Source: a bacterium BMS3Bbin13
GTDB taxonomy: Bacteria; Pseudomonadota; Gammaproteobacteria; 21-64-14
Assembly (NCBI GenBank): GCA_002897735.1
Contig: BDTW01000024.1
Coordinates: 25,598-89,597 of the forward strand
DNA: 64,000 nt
Reading direction: 5' to 3'
The translations under genes and the position numbers were made by a program. The notes below the pieces were generated by a model. That model had not been told where the DNA came from. It searched no databases and saw nothing but the letters and a program-made list of their open reading frames with translations. This document shows, in pieces, positions 56,486 to 64,000 of this stretch (its first letter is position 1; every line of letters starts with the position of its first letter).

Positions 56486-57571
56486 GTGAGCGAAGAACAA
56501 AGACTCGGGGAGATCCGTGCGCGCATCGATGCCCTGGATGAGCACATCCAGGCGCTGATCAGCGAGCGTGCCGGGTGCGCGCGCGAGATTGCGGACATCA
56601 AGCACGCCTCGGGCGTGGACAACGGCTTCTATCGCCCGGAGCGCGAGGCGCAGGTCCTGCGCCGGGTGCAGGCGCGCAACCGCGGTCCGCTGCCCGATGA
56701 GGATCTGCTGCGCGTCTTCCGCGAGCTGATCTCGGCCTGCCTGGCACTGGAGGAGACGCTCACGGTGGCGTTCCTCGGCCCAGAGGGGACCTTCACCCAG
56801 GCGGCGGCGTTCAAGCACTTCGGCCACTGCGTGCGCACCGTGCCGCTGACCACGATCGAGGACGTCTTCCGCGAGGTCGAGGCGCAGGGCGCGCGCTACG
56901 GCGTGGTGCCGGTGGAGAATTCCACGGAGGGGGTGATCCATCACACCCTCGACCGGTTCCTCCAATCGCCGCTGCACATCTGCGGCGAGGTCGAGCTTCG
57001 CATCCACCACCACCTGCTGGCCGTCTCCGGCGAGGTGTGCGACGTGCGCCGGGTGTATTCGCATCAGCAGTCGCTCGCCCAGTGCCGGCGCTGGCTCGAT
57101 CGCACCCTCCCGAACGCCGAGTGCGTCGCGGTGAGCAGCAACGCCGAGGCCGCGCGGCGGGTGCGCGGGGAGGAGCGGGCGGCGGCCATCGCCGGCGACA
57201 GCGCCGCGGAACTCTACGGGCTCGAGGTGTTGGCGGCCAATATCGAGGACGAGCCGGACAACACCACCCGCTTCCTGGTGATCGGATCCCAGCCGGTGCC
57301 GCCCAGCGGCGACGACAAGACCTCGCTGCTGGTCTCCACGCACAACCGGCCCGGGGCGCTCGCACGGCTGCTCGAGCCGCTCTCGCGCAACGGCATCGGC
57401 ATGACCCGCATCGAGTCGCGCCCGTCGCGGCGCGGGGTCTGGGAGTACGTCTTCTTCGCGGACATCCTGGGACACGCCGAGGACGAGCCGCTCGCCCGGG
57501 CGCTCGCCGAGCTGCAGGCCGAGTGCACCCTGTTCAAGGTGCTCGGCTCCTACCCGCGCGCCGGCCTGTGA
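56486..57571 (+). CDS. pheA: bifunctional chorismate mutase / prephenate dehydratase (P-protein)
   Basis: LGEIRARIDALDEHIQALISERA (CM domain), VAFLGPEGTFTQ, VPVENSTEGV and TRFLV, plus ACT (GALARLLEPLS...GMTRIESRP). GTG at 56486. Confidence 0.9.
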   Translation: MSEEQRLGEIRARIDALDEHIQALISERAGCAREIADIKHASGVDNGFYRPEREAQVLRRVQARNRGPLPDEDLLRVFRELISACLALEETLTVAFLGPEGTFTQAAAFKHFGHCVRTVPLTTIEDVFREVEAQGARYGVVPVENSTEGVIHHTLDRFLQSPLHICGEVELRIHHHLLAVSGEVCDVRRVYSHQQSLAQCRRWLDRTLPNAECVAVSSNAEAARRVRGEERAAAIAGDSAAELYGLEVLAANIEDEPDNTTRFLVIGSQPVPPSGDDKTSLLVSTHNRPGALARLLEPLSRNGIGMTRIESRPSRRGVWEYVFFADILGHAEDEPLARALAELQAECTLFKVLGSYPRAGL

Positions 57572-57588
57572 CGCCCCGGCACCCCGGC

Positions 57589-58470
57589 ATGGATTCCGCC
57601 GAACCGTTCGAGCGCCTGTGCGTGATCGGCGTCGGCCTGATCGGCGGCTCGCTGGCGCGTGCGGCGCGCGCCGCCGGTGCCTGCCGGGAGGTGGTCGGCT
57701 GCGGGCGCGATCCGGCGCACCTGAAACGGGCGCAGGCGCTGGGCGTGATCGGACACTACGAGACCGATCCGGCGCGCGCCGCGGCGGGCGCCGACCTGGT
57801 GGTCCTGGCCGCGCCGGTCGGCGCGTGCGCGGCACTGCTGCGCCGCGTGGGTCCGGTGCTCGCCGAGGGTGCGATCGTCAGCGACGTGGGCAGCGTCAAG
57901 GGCGCGGTGGTCGAGGCCGCGCGCGCCGCGCTCGGACCCCGATTTCCGGCGTTCGTCCCGGGCCACCCGATCGCCGGCACCGAGCACAGCGGCGTGGAGG
58001 CCTCGCGCGCCGATCTCTTCCGCGGCCGCTGTACGGTCCTCACGCCGTGCGCGGAGACCGATGCGGCGGCGGTGCGCCGCGTGAGCGCGTTCTGGAAGGC
58101 CTGCGGCGCACAGGTCGTGGAGATGGACCCCGCGCATCACGACACCGTGTTCGCCGCCGTCAGCCACCTGCCGCACCTGCTCGCCTACACGCTCGTGGAC
58201 TGGATGGCGCAACGCCCCGATGCCGCCGAGCTGTTCGACTTCGCCGGCGGGGGATTCCGCGACTTCACGCGCATCGCCTCCAGCGACCCGGTGATGTGGC
58301 GCGACATCTGCGCGGCCAACGCCGAGGCGATCACCACCGTCCTCGACGGTTTCCGCGCCGCGCTCGACCGGCTCCGGGCGGCGGTGCACGGCGGGGACGG
58401 GGCGGCGCTGGAGGCGGTCTTCCGCAACGCCAAGGCGGCGCGCGAGCGTCTGACGGACGGGGAATCGTGA
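57589..58470 (+). CDS. tyrA: prephenate dehydrogenase
   Basis: LCVIGVGLIGGSLARA Rossmann, GHPIAGTE, and HDTVFAAVSHLPHLLAY. Confidence 0.85.
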   Translation: MDSAEPFERLCVIGVGLIGGSLARAARAAGACREVVGCGRDPAHLKRAQALGVIGHYETDPARAAAGADLVVLAAPVGACAALLRRVGPVLAEGAIVSDVGSVKGAVVEAARAALGPRFPAFVPGHPIAGTEHSGVEASRADLFRGRCTVLTPCAETDAAAVRRVSAFWKACGAQVVEMDPAHHDTVFAAVSHLPHLLAYTLVDWMAQRPDAAELFDFAGGGFRDFTRIASSDPVMWRDICAANAEAITTVLDGFRAALDRLRAAVHGGDGAALEAVFRNAKAARERLTDGES

Positions 58471-59783
58471 GCGGTGCGCCGGGTTACCGGGTGCACCCGG
58501 GCGGGTGCCTGACGGGGCGCCTGCGGGTGCCCGGCGACAAGTCGATCTCGCACCGTGCGCTGATCCTGGGGGCCGTGGCGGAAGGGGACACCGCGATCCG
58601 CGGCTTTCTCGAAGGGGCCGACTGCATGGCCACGTTGCGCGCGTTCCGCGCCATGGGCGTGGCGATCGAGGGTCCGCAGGCGGGCCGGGTCACGATCCGC
58701 GGGGTCGGTCTGCACGGGCTGTGCGCGCCCGCCGGTCCCCTGGATCTCGGCAACTCCGGCACCTCCATGCGGTTGCTGGCGGGGTTGCTCGCCGGCCAGC
58801 CCTTCCCGGTCGTGCTCACCGGCGACGCCTCGTTGTCGCGGCGCCCCATGCGCCGGGTCACGGATCCGCTGGCGGCGATGGGAGCGCGCGTCGAGACCGC
58901 CCCGGACGGGACTGCGCCGCTACGTCTGGCGGGCGGGGCGGCGTTGCACGGCATCGACTATCCTCTTCCTGTGGCGAGCGCGCAGGTCAAGTCCAGCGTG
59001 CTGCTCGCCGGGCTGTACGCAGAGGGGCGGACCTGCATCACCGAACCCGCGCCCACCCGCGACCACACCGAGCGTATGCTCGCGGGTTTCGGTTACCCGG
59101 TGGAGGTGGACGGCCCGCGCGTGTGCCTGGAGGGTGGGGGCCGGTTGCAGGGACGGGAGATCGACGTGCCCGCGGATCTTTCCTCGGCGGCCTTCTTCCT
59201 GGTCGGGGCGAGTATCGCCGAGGGCTCGGATCTGCTGCTCGAGCACGTGGGCGTCAATCCGACCCGCGCCGGGGTCATCGAGATTCTGCGTCGCATGGGA
59301 GCGGACATCGAGATCCTCAATCCGCGCCGGGCCGGCGGCGAGCCGCTCGCCGACCTGCGGGTGCGCGGTGCACCGTTGCGCGGGATCCGGATCCCGCCGG
59401 AGCTGGTCCCGTCGGCGATCGACGAGTTCCCGGCGCTGTTCGTGGCCGCCGCCTGCGCCGCGGGTGAGACCGTGCTCACCGGCGCCGCCGAGTTGCGCGT
59501 CAAGGAGAGCGACCGAATCCAGGTGATGGTCGACGGACTGCAGGCATTGGGGGGGGAGGCGCGGCCCACCGCGGACGGCGTCGTCATTCGCGGCGGCGCC
59601 CTGCACGGCGGGGCCGTGGACGGCCGCGGCGACCATCGCATCGCGATGGCGCTCGCGATCGCCGGCTTGCGCACCCGGGCGCCGGTGACTATATCCGACG
59701 TTCGAAACGTGGAGACTTCGTTCCCCGGATTCGTGCCGGCGGCGACCGGCGTCGGCCTGCGCATCGAGGCGATCGGCGACTGA
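58467..59783 (+). CDS. aroA: 3-phosphoshikimate 1-carboxyvinyltransferase
   Basis: [38 protein letters not shown] and DHRIAMA. GTGA overlap with tyrA. Confidence 0.93.
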   Translation: MSGAPGYRVHPGGCLTGRLRVPGDKSISHRALILGAVAEGDTAIRGFLEGADCMATLRAFRAMGVAIEGPQAGRVTIRGVGLHGLCAPAGPLDLGNSGTSMRLLAGLLAGQPFPVVLTGDASLSRRPMRRVTDPLAAMGARVETAPDGTAPLRLAGGAALHGIDYPLPVASAQVKSSVLLAGLYAEGRTCITEPAPTRDHTERMLAGFGYPVEVDGPRVCLEGGGRLQGREIDVPADLSSAAFFLVGASIAEGSDLLLEHVGVNPTRAGVIEILRRMGADIEILNPRRAGGEPLADLRVRGAPLRGIRIPPELVPSAIDEFPALFVAAACAAGETVLTGAAELRVKESDRIQVMVDGLQALGGEARPTADGVVIRGGALHGGAVDGRGDHRIAMALAIAGLRTRAPVTISDVRNVETSFPGFVPAATGVGLRIEAIGD

Positions 59784-59829
59784 GCCCGGACGGGCGCCCG
59801 TGGGGTGCACCGTCCGGCGGAGACAGGCA

Positions 59830-60510
59830 TTGAAGACGAACGAGGCGAGCACATCGGTTCCCGTGATCACCCTGGACGGACCCGGCGGTTCCGGCAAGGG
59901 CACCGTCGGACGGCGGCTGGCCCGGGAACTCGGCTGGCATTTCCTCGACAGCGGCGCCCTCTACCGGTTGGTAGCGCTGGCGGCGCAACGCCGCGGGGTC
60001 GCGCTCGACGACACCGACGCGTTGGCCTCGCTGGCCCGCGACCTGCCGGTCGTTTTCGAACCGGGGGAGGCGGACGAGGGCCGCATCCTGTTCGACGGGG
60101 CCGACGTGGGGGACGCGATCCGCACCGAGGAGTGGGGCGAACGGGCCTCCCGGGTGGCGATGGTGCCCGAGGTGCGCTCGGCGCTCCTCGCCCGCCAGCG
60201 GGAGTTTTGCCGGCCCCCCGGCCTGGTGGCCGACGGCCGCGACATGGGGAGCGTGGTATTTCCCGGCGCCGTCCTCAAGATCTTCCTCACCGCGAGCCCC
60301 CACGAGCGCGCCCTGCGGCGCTATAACCAGTTGAAAGAGAAAGGGCTCAGTGCTAACCTAGCGACTCTTTCGGATGAGATCGCCCGGCGCGATACGCGCG
60401 ATGCGGTGCGGGCGGTGGCGCCGTTGCGGCCGGCTCCGGATGCGCACGTGCTCGATACGACGGGCGTGGCGATCGCGGAAGTGGTGGCGCGTATCCGCGG
60501 GTTGCTGTAA
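59830..60510 (+). CDS. cmk: (d)CMP kinase
   Basis: [20 protein letters not shown] and [11 protein letters not shown] at 59830 follows GGAGA. The track ORF begins at 59800, so the start is uncertain. Confidence 0.85.
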   Translation: MKTNEASTSVPVITLDGPGGSGKGTVGRRLARELGWHFLDSGALYRLVALAAQRRGVALDDTDALASLARDLPVVFEPGEADEGRILFDGADVGDAIRTEEWGERASRVAMVPEVRSALLARQREFCRPPGLVADGRDMGSVVFPGAVLKIFLTASPHERALRRYNQLKEKGLSANLATLSDEIARRDTRDAVRAVAPLRPAPDAHVLDTTGVAIAEVVARIRGLL

Positions 60511-60596
60511 CGTCCCCCGGCTTACGGTTAGGGTGGTCGGGCCGAGGCCCGGTCGGTGGGTGGAAACGTCCCAGTACGGACTTCAGAGAGATTGGA

Positions 60597-62270
60597 ATGA
60601 GCGAGAGTTTCGCGGAGTTGTTCGAGCAGAGCCTGGTACACACGCAGATGCGGCCGGGTTCGATCATCACCGGGAAGGTGGTGGACATCCGGCCCGATGC
60701 GGTGGTGGTCAGTGCCGGACTGAAGTCGGAGGGGGTCATCCCCATCGACCAGTTCTACACGGACGACGGGGCGCTCGAGGTCGCCGTGGGCGACGAGATC
60801 GAGGTCGCCCTGGACGCGGTGGAGGACGGCTTCGGTGAGACCCGACTCTCGCGTGAGAAGGCCAAGCGCGCGCGCACCTGGACCCGCCTCGAGGAGGCCT
60901 TCGAGGAGAGCGAGACGGTCACCGGGCAGATCAGCGGCAAGGTCAAGGGCGGCTTTACCGTCGACCTGGACACCGTGCGCGCCTTCCTCCCCGGCTCGCT
61001 GGTGGATATCCGCCCGGTCCGCGACACCACCTATCTCGAGGGCAAGGACCTCGAGTTCAAGGTCATCAAGATCGACCGCAAGCGCAACAACGTGGTGGTC
61101 TCGCGTCGCGCGGTGCTCGAATCCGAATACTCCGCGGAGCGCGAGGCGCTCCTCGACAAGCTCCAGGAGGGCGTCGTCCTCAAGGGCGTGGTGAAGAACC
61201 TGACCGACTACGGGGCGTTTGTCGACCTGGGCGGCATCGACGGACTGCTGCACATCACCGACATGGCCTGGAAGCGCGTCAAGCACCCCTCCGAGGTGTG
61301 CAACATCGGCGACGAACTCGAGGTCAAGGTGCTCAAGTTCGACCGCGAGCGCAATCGCGTCTCGCTCGGCCTCAAGCAACTCGGCGAGGATCCGTGGATC
61401 GACCTCTCGCGTCGCTACCCGGTCGGTACGCGGCTGTTCGGCAAGGTGACCAACGTCACCGACTACGGCTGCTTCGTGGAGATCGAGGAAGGCGTCGAAG
61501 GCCTGGTCCACGTCTCCGAGATGGACTGGACGAACAAGAACGTGAGTCCCTCCAAGGTCGTGCAGGTGGGCGACGAGGTGGGGGTGCTGGTCCTGGACAT
61601 CGACGAAGATCGCCGGCGCATCTCGCTCGGCATCAAGCAGTGCCAGTCCAATCCCTGGGAGGCCTTTGCCGCGACCCACAACAAGAACGACCGCGTCGTG
61701 GGCAACATCAAGTCGATCACCGACTTCGGCATCTTCGTCGGTCTGGAAGGAGACATCGACGGCTTGGTGCACATGTCCGATATCTCCTGGGCCGTGCCCG
61801 GCGAAGAGGCGATCCACGGCTACAAGAAGGGCGGGGAGATCGAGGCGGTGGTGCTCAGCGTCGATCCCGAGCGCGAGCGCATCTCGCTCGGCATCAAGCA
61901 GCTCGACAAGGACCCGATGTCCAATTTCCTCGCCTCCCATGAAAAGGGCTCCATCGTCAAGGGCACGGTGCGTGAAGTCGACGCCAAGGGCGCCGTCATC
62001 GAACTCGACGACGGTGTCGAGGGCTACCTGCGCGCCTCGGAACTGACCCGTGATCGGGTCGAAGATGCGCGCACCGTACTCAAGGTCGGTGACGAGACCG
62101 AGGCGAAGTTCATCGGCGTCGATCGCAGGAACCGCACCATCAGCCTCTCCATCAAGGCACGCGAGCACCAGGAAGAGACCGAGTCGTTGCAGGAATACAA
62201 CCGATCTTCGGTCTCCGGAATGACGAGCCTGGGCGACATCCTCAAGGAGCAGATGGAGAAGAACGAATAG
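60597..62270 (+). CDS. rpsA: 30S ribosomal protein S1
   Basis: [13 protein letters not shown], six S1 repeats, 557 aa. Confidence 0.97.
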   Translation: MSESFAELFEQSLVHTQMRPGSIITGKVVDIRPDAVVVSAGLKSEGVIPIDQFYTDDGALEVAVGDEIEVALDAVEDGFGETRLSREKAKRARTWTRLEEAFEESETVTGQISGKVKGGFTVDLDTVRAFLPGSLVDIRPVRDTTYLEGKDLEFKVIKIDRKRNNVVVSRRAVLESEYSAEREALLDKLQEGVVLKGVVKNLTDYGAFVDLGGIDGLLHITDMAWKRVKHPSEVCNIGDELEVKVLKFDRERNRVSLGLKQLGEDPWIDLSRRYPVGTRLFGKVTNVTDYGCFVEIEEGVEGLVHVSEMDWTNKNVSPSKVVQVGDEVGVLVLDIDEDRRRISLGIKQCQSNPWEAFAATHNKNDRVVGNIKSITDFGIFVGLEGDIDGLVHMSDISWAVPGEEAIHGYKKGGEIEAVVLSVDPERERISLGIKQLDKDPMSNFLASHEKGSIVKGTVREVDAKGAVIELDDGVEGYLRASELTRDRVEDARTVLKVGDETEAKFIGVDRRNRTISLSIKAREHQEETESLQEYNRSSVSGMTSLGDILKEQMEKNE

Positions 62271-62292
62271 GGATTGGAATTTAGGGAGGATC

Positions 62293-62313
62293 GCCGGCGG
62301 CACGGCCGCCGGC
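62293..62313 (+). terminator. GC hairpin between rpsA and ihfB (possible partial terminator or processing site)
   Basis: GCCGGCGGC-ACG-GCCGCCGGC, a 9-bp stem with no U-tract. Confidence 0.3.
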
Positions 62314-62355
62314 AGGCACCGGGTACCGTCGGTATGGGATAGGGGATACCGGAGA

Positions 62356-62667
62356 ATGACAAAATCCGAGCTGATCGAGGCACTGGCGCGCAAGCAGAGC
62401 CATCTCAAATACCGCGACGTTGAACTGGCCGTCAAGAGCCTGCTCGAGCAGATGAGCCAGGCACTCGCGACCGGCCAACGGATCGAGATTCGCGGCTTCG
62501 GAAGTTTCTCGCTCCACTACCGACCGCCGCGCATCGGTCGCAACCCCAAAAGCGGCGACTCGGTGCAGTTGCCCGGCAAGTACGTGCCCCACTTCAAGCC
62601 GGGCAAAGAGCTGCGCGAGCGGGTCAACGACGGCATCAACAGCACCAATCTCGCCGTCGAGTCCTGA
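62356..62667 (+). CDS. ihfB: integration host factor subunit beta
   Basis: [11 protein letters not shown]...[30 protein letters not shown]. Confidence 0.95.
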   Translation: MTKSELIEALARKQSHLKYRDVELAVKSLLEQMSQALATGQRIEIRGFGSFSLHYRPPRIGRNPKSGDSVQLPGKYVPHFKPGKELRERVNDGINSTNLAVES

Positions 62668-62757
62668 CCCGGTGCGCGGCAAGCCCCGCACACAGGCGCC
62701 GTCCTACGCGCCCCGGCCCCGGCCCCGGCCCCGTGCTCCGGCTCATCCCGTGCTCCT

Positions 62758-63262
62758 GTAGGGCCGGGCTCGCCCGGCCGACGACCCCGAATCCCCACCG
62801 CATCGAAATCGTCCGCCATCGTCGGCGGGGCGAGCCCCGCCCTACAGAATTCAAGATTCAAGAGGTCAGGGTGCCCCGGCTCACCCCGTGCCCCGGTAGG
62901 GCCGGGCTCGCCCGGCCGACGACCCCGAATCCCCCGCCACATCGAAATTGTCCACCATCGTCGGCGGGGCGAGCCCCGCCCTACAGAATTCAAGATTCAA
63001 GAGGTCAGGGTGCCCCGGCTCATCCCGTGCTCCTGTAGGGCCGGGCTCGCCCGGCCGACGACCCCAAATTCCCCACCACATCGAAATCGTCCGCCATCGT
63101 CGGCGGGGCGAGCCCCCGCCCTACAGAATTCAAGATTCAAGAGGTCAGGGTGCCCCGGCTCACCCCGTGCCCCGGTAGGGCCGGGCTCGCCCGGCCGACG
63201 ACCCCAAATTCCCCACCACATCGAAATCGTCCGCCATCGTCGGCGGGGCGAGCCCCGCCCCG
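62758..63262. repeat. array of four REPIN-like doublets (inverted GTAG-REP pairs), period about 139 bp
   Basis: Forward GTAGGGCCGGGCTCGCCCGGCCGACGAC at 62758, 62896, 63035 and 63175. Inverted GTCGGCGGGGCGAGCCCCGCCCTAC at 62821, 62960, 63098 and 63238 (the last lacks CTAC). Linker sequences are also conserved. Confidence 0.85.
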
Positions 63263-63330
63263 GGCCGCGTCGTTCCGGGTCCGGCAGGCTGTTAGAATGA
63301 GGGCTCCGCTACGGGTGACAGGGAGAAAGT

Positions 63331-63624
63331 ATGGCGCGGATCCTCGGTTTCGTGGTCCTCGTGCTGGTGGTGACGGCGGCGCTGAGCTTTGCGGTGCTCA
63401 ACGCCCGCCCGGTCCCGGTGAATTTCTACTTCGGCACGCGTGATCTCCCTCTGGCCCTGGCGCTCGTGCTGGCCCTGGTGGCTGGTGCGGTCCTGGGCGT
63501 CGCGGCGAGCCTTGCCGTGATCCTGCGCGCCAAGCACGGGGCGGCGCGGTTGCGGCGCCGCGCGCGCCGTGCCGAGGAGGAGTTGGAGAACCTGCGCAAG
63601 CTGCCGATCCGGCATGACTCCTGA
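63331..63624 (+). CDS. lapA: LapA family (DUF1049) inner-membrane protein
   Basis: Two TM helices followed by a basic coiled tail. Immediately precedes lapB. Confidence 0.8.
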   Translation: MARILGFVVLVLVVTAALSFAVLNARPVPVNFYFGTRDLPLALALVLALVAGAVLGVAASLAVILRAKHGAARLRRRARRAEEELENLRKLPIRHDS

Positions 63625-63625
63625 T

Positions 63626-64000
63626 ATGTTGGACCTGCTGTGGCTGTTGCTTCCCGTGGCGGCGGCCTCCGGTTGGTTTGCGGCGCGTCGCGGTTCCGTG
63701 CGTAGCGCCGCCCGGTTCGATGGGCGTTACCTGGAGGGCCTGAATCTCCTCATCAACGAGCAGCCCGACCGGGCCATCGAGGTCTTCACCCGCATGGTCG
63801 AGGTCGACAGCGAGACGGTGGAGGTACACATGGCGCTCGGCAACCTGTTCCGCCGTCGCGGCGAGGTGGACCGAGCCATTCGCATCCACCAGAATCTCAT
63901 CGCGCGCCCGTCGCTCACCCGCAGCCAGCGCGCCATGGCCTTGCTGGAACTCGGTGAGGACTACCTGCGTGCGGGGTTGCTGGATCGCGCCGAGAACCTG
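63626..64000 (+). CDS. lapB: lipopolysaccharide assembly protein LapB (YciM), 5' part; continues past the window end
   Basis: Hand translation gives MLDLLWLLLPVAAASGWFAARR...HMALGNLFRRRGEVDRAIRIHQNLI...LGEDYLRAGLLDRAENL, closely matching the LapB N-terminus as I remember it. Not in the ORF track because it is open at the window edge. Confidence 0.85.
   Translation, partial: MLDLLWLLLPVAAASGWFAARRGSVRSAARFDGRYLEGLNLLINEQPDRAIEVFTRMVEVDSETVEVHMALGNLFRRRGEVDRAIRIHQNLIARPSLTRSQRAMALLELGEDYLRAGLLDRAENL

Noticed and set aside
62758-63262. CRISPR array interpretation of the regularly spaced repeats (also 31685-32090 and 43438-43712)
   Set aside because: The segments between repeats are themselves conserved from unit to unit, so there are no unique spacers. 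The repeats alternate in orientation, and no cas genes or leader are present.
62517-63300. Multiple 66-158-aa ORFs across the REPIN array
   Set aside because: These are repeat-derived and mutually overlapping on both strands, with no coding signature.

Overview
High-GC (about 70% in hand-counted lines) chromosomal segment, by gene content a gammaproteobacterium, possibly Chromatiales or Ectothiorhodospiraceae-like; no exact organism call is possible. It is mostly core housekeeping genes: ppk1/ppx/CHAD/sixA, a FadL-type porin, gnd, a large DUF3683 FAD/Fe-S oxidoreductase, rlmL, typA, cspA, prfC, fabAB, zipA-ligA, yciB-yciI-bolA, yciO, trpS, scpAB-rluB, rmuC, gph-ubiG, mtaD/mtnA, and gyrA-serC-serA-pheA-tyrA-aroA-cmk-rpsA-ihfB-lapAB. 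I found no rRNA, tRNA or CRISPR array. The clear outlier is a roughly 1.9 kb low-GC islet (about 33.13-35.03 kb) between a PfkB kinase gene and bolA. It carries a two-gene operon: a HipA-family Ser/Thr kinase core lacking the usual N-terminal subdomain, followed by a protein fusing a HipA-N/HipS-like domain to a HIRAN (DNA-end-binding) domain, with no HipB. I consider this the best candidate for an uncharacterised toxin-antitoxin or abortive-infection-type system. Other points:
- A REP-associated tyrosine transposase flanked by perfect 23-bp inverted repeats, which recodes the rlmL 3' end.
- Two GTAG-type REP families arranged in tandem or REPIN-like arrays.
- A wrbA/lysR deletion scar.
- A gpmA remnant.
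- A perfect 15-bp x9.4 in-frame repeat in scpB.
- A P-II-like protein with a short T-loop and a CGKDVC tail.
Most long antisense ORFs in the track are GC-driven shadow ORFs. Start codons are hand-picked and approximate.
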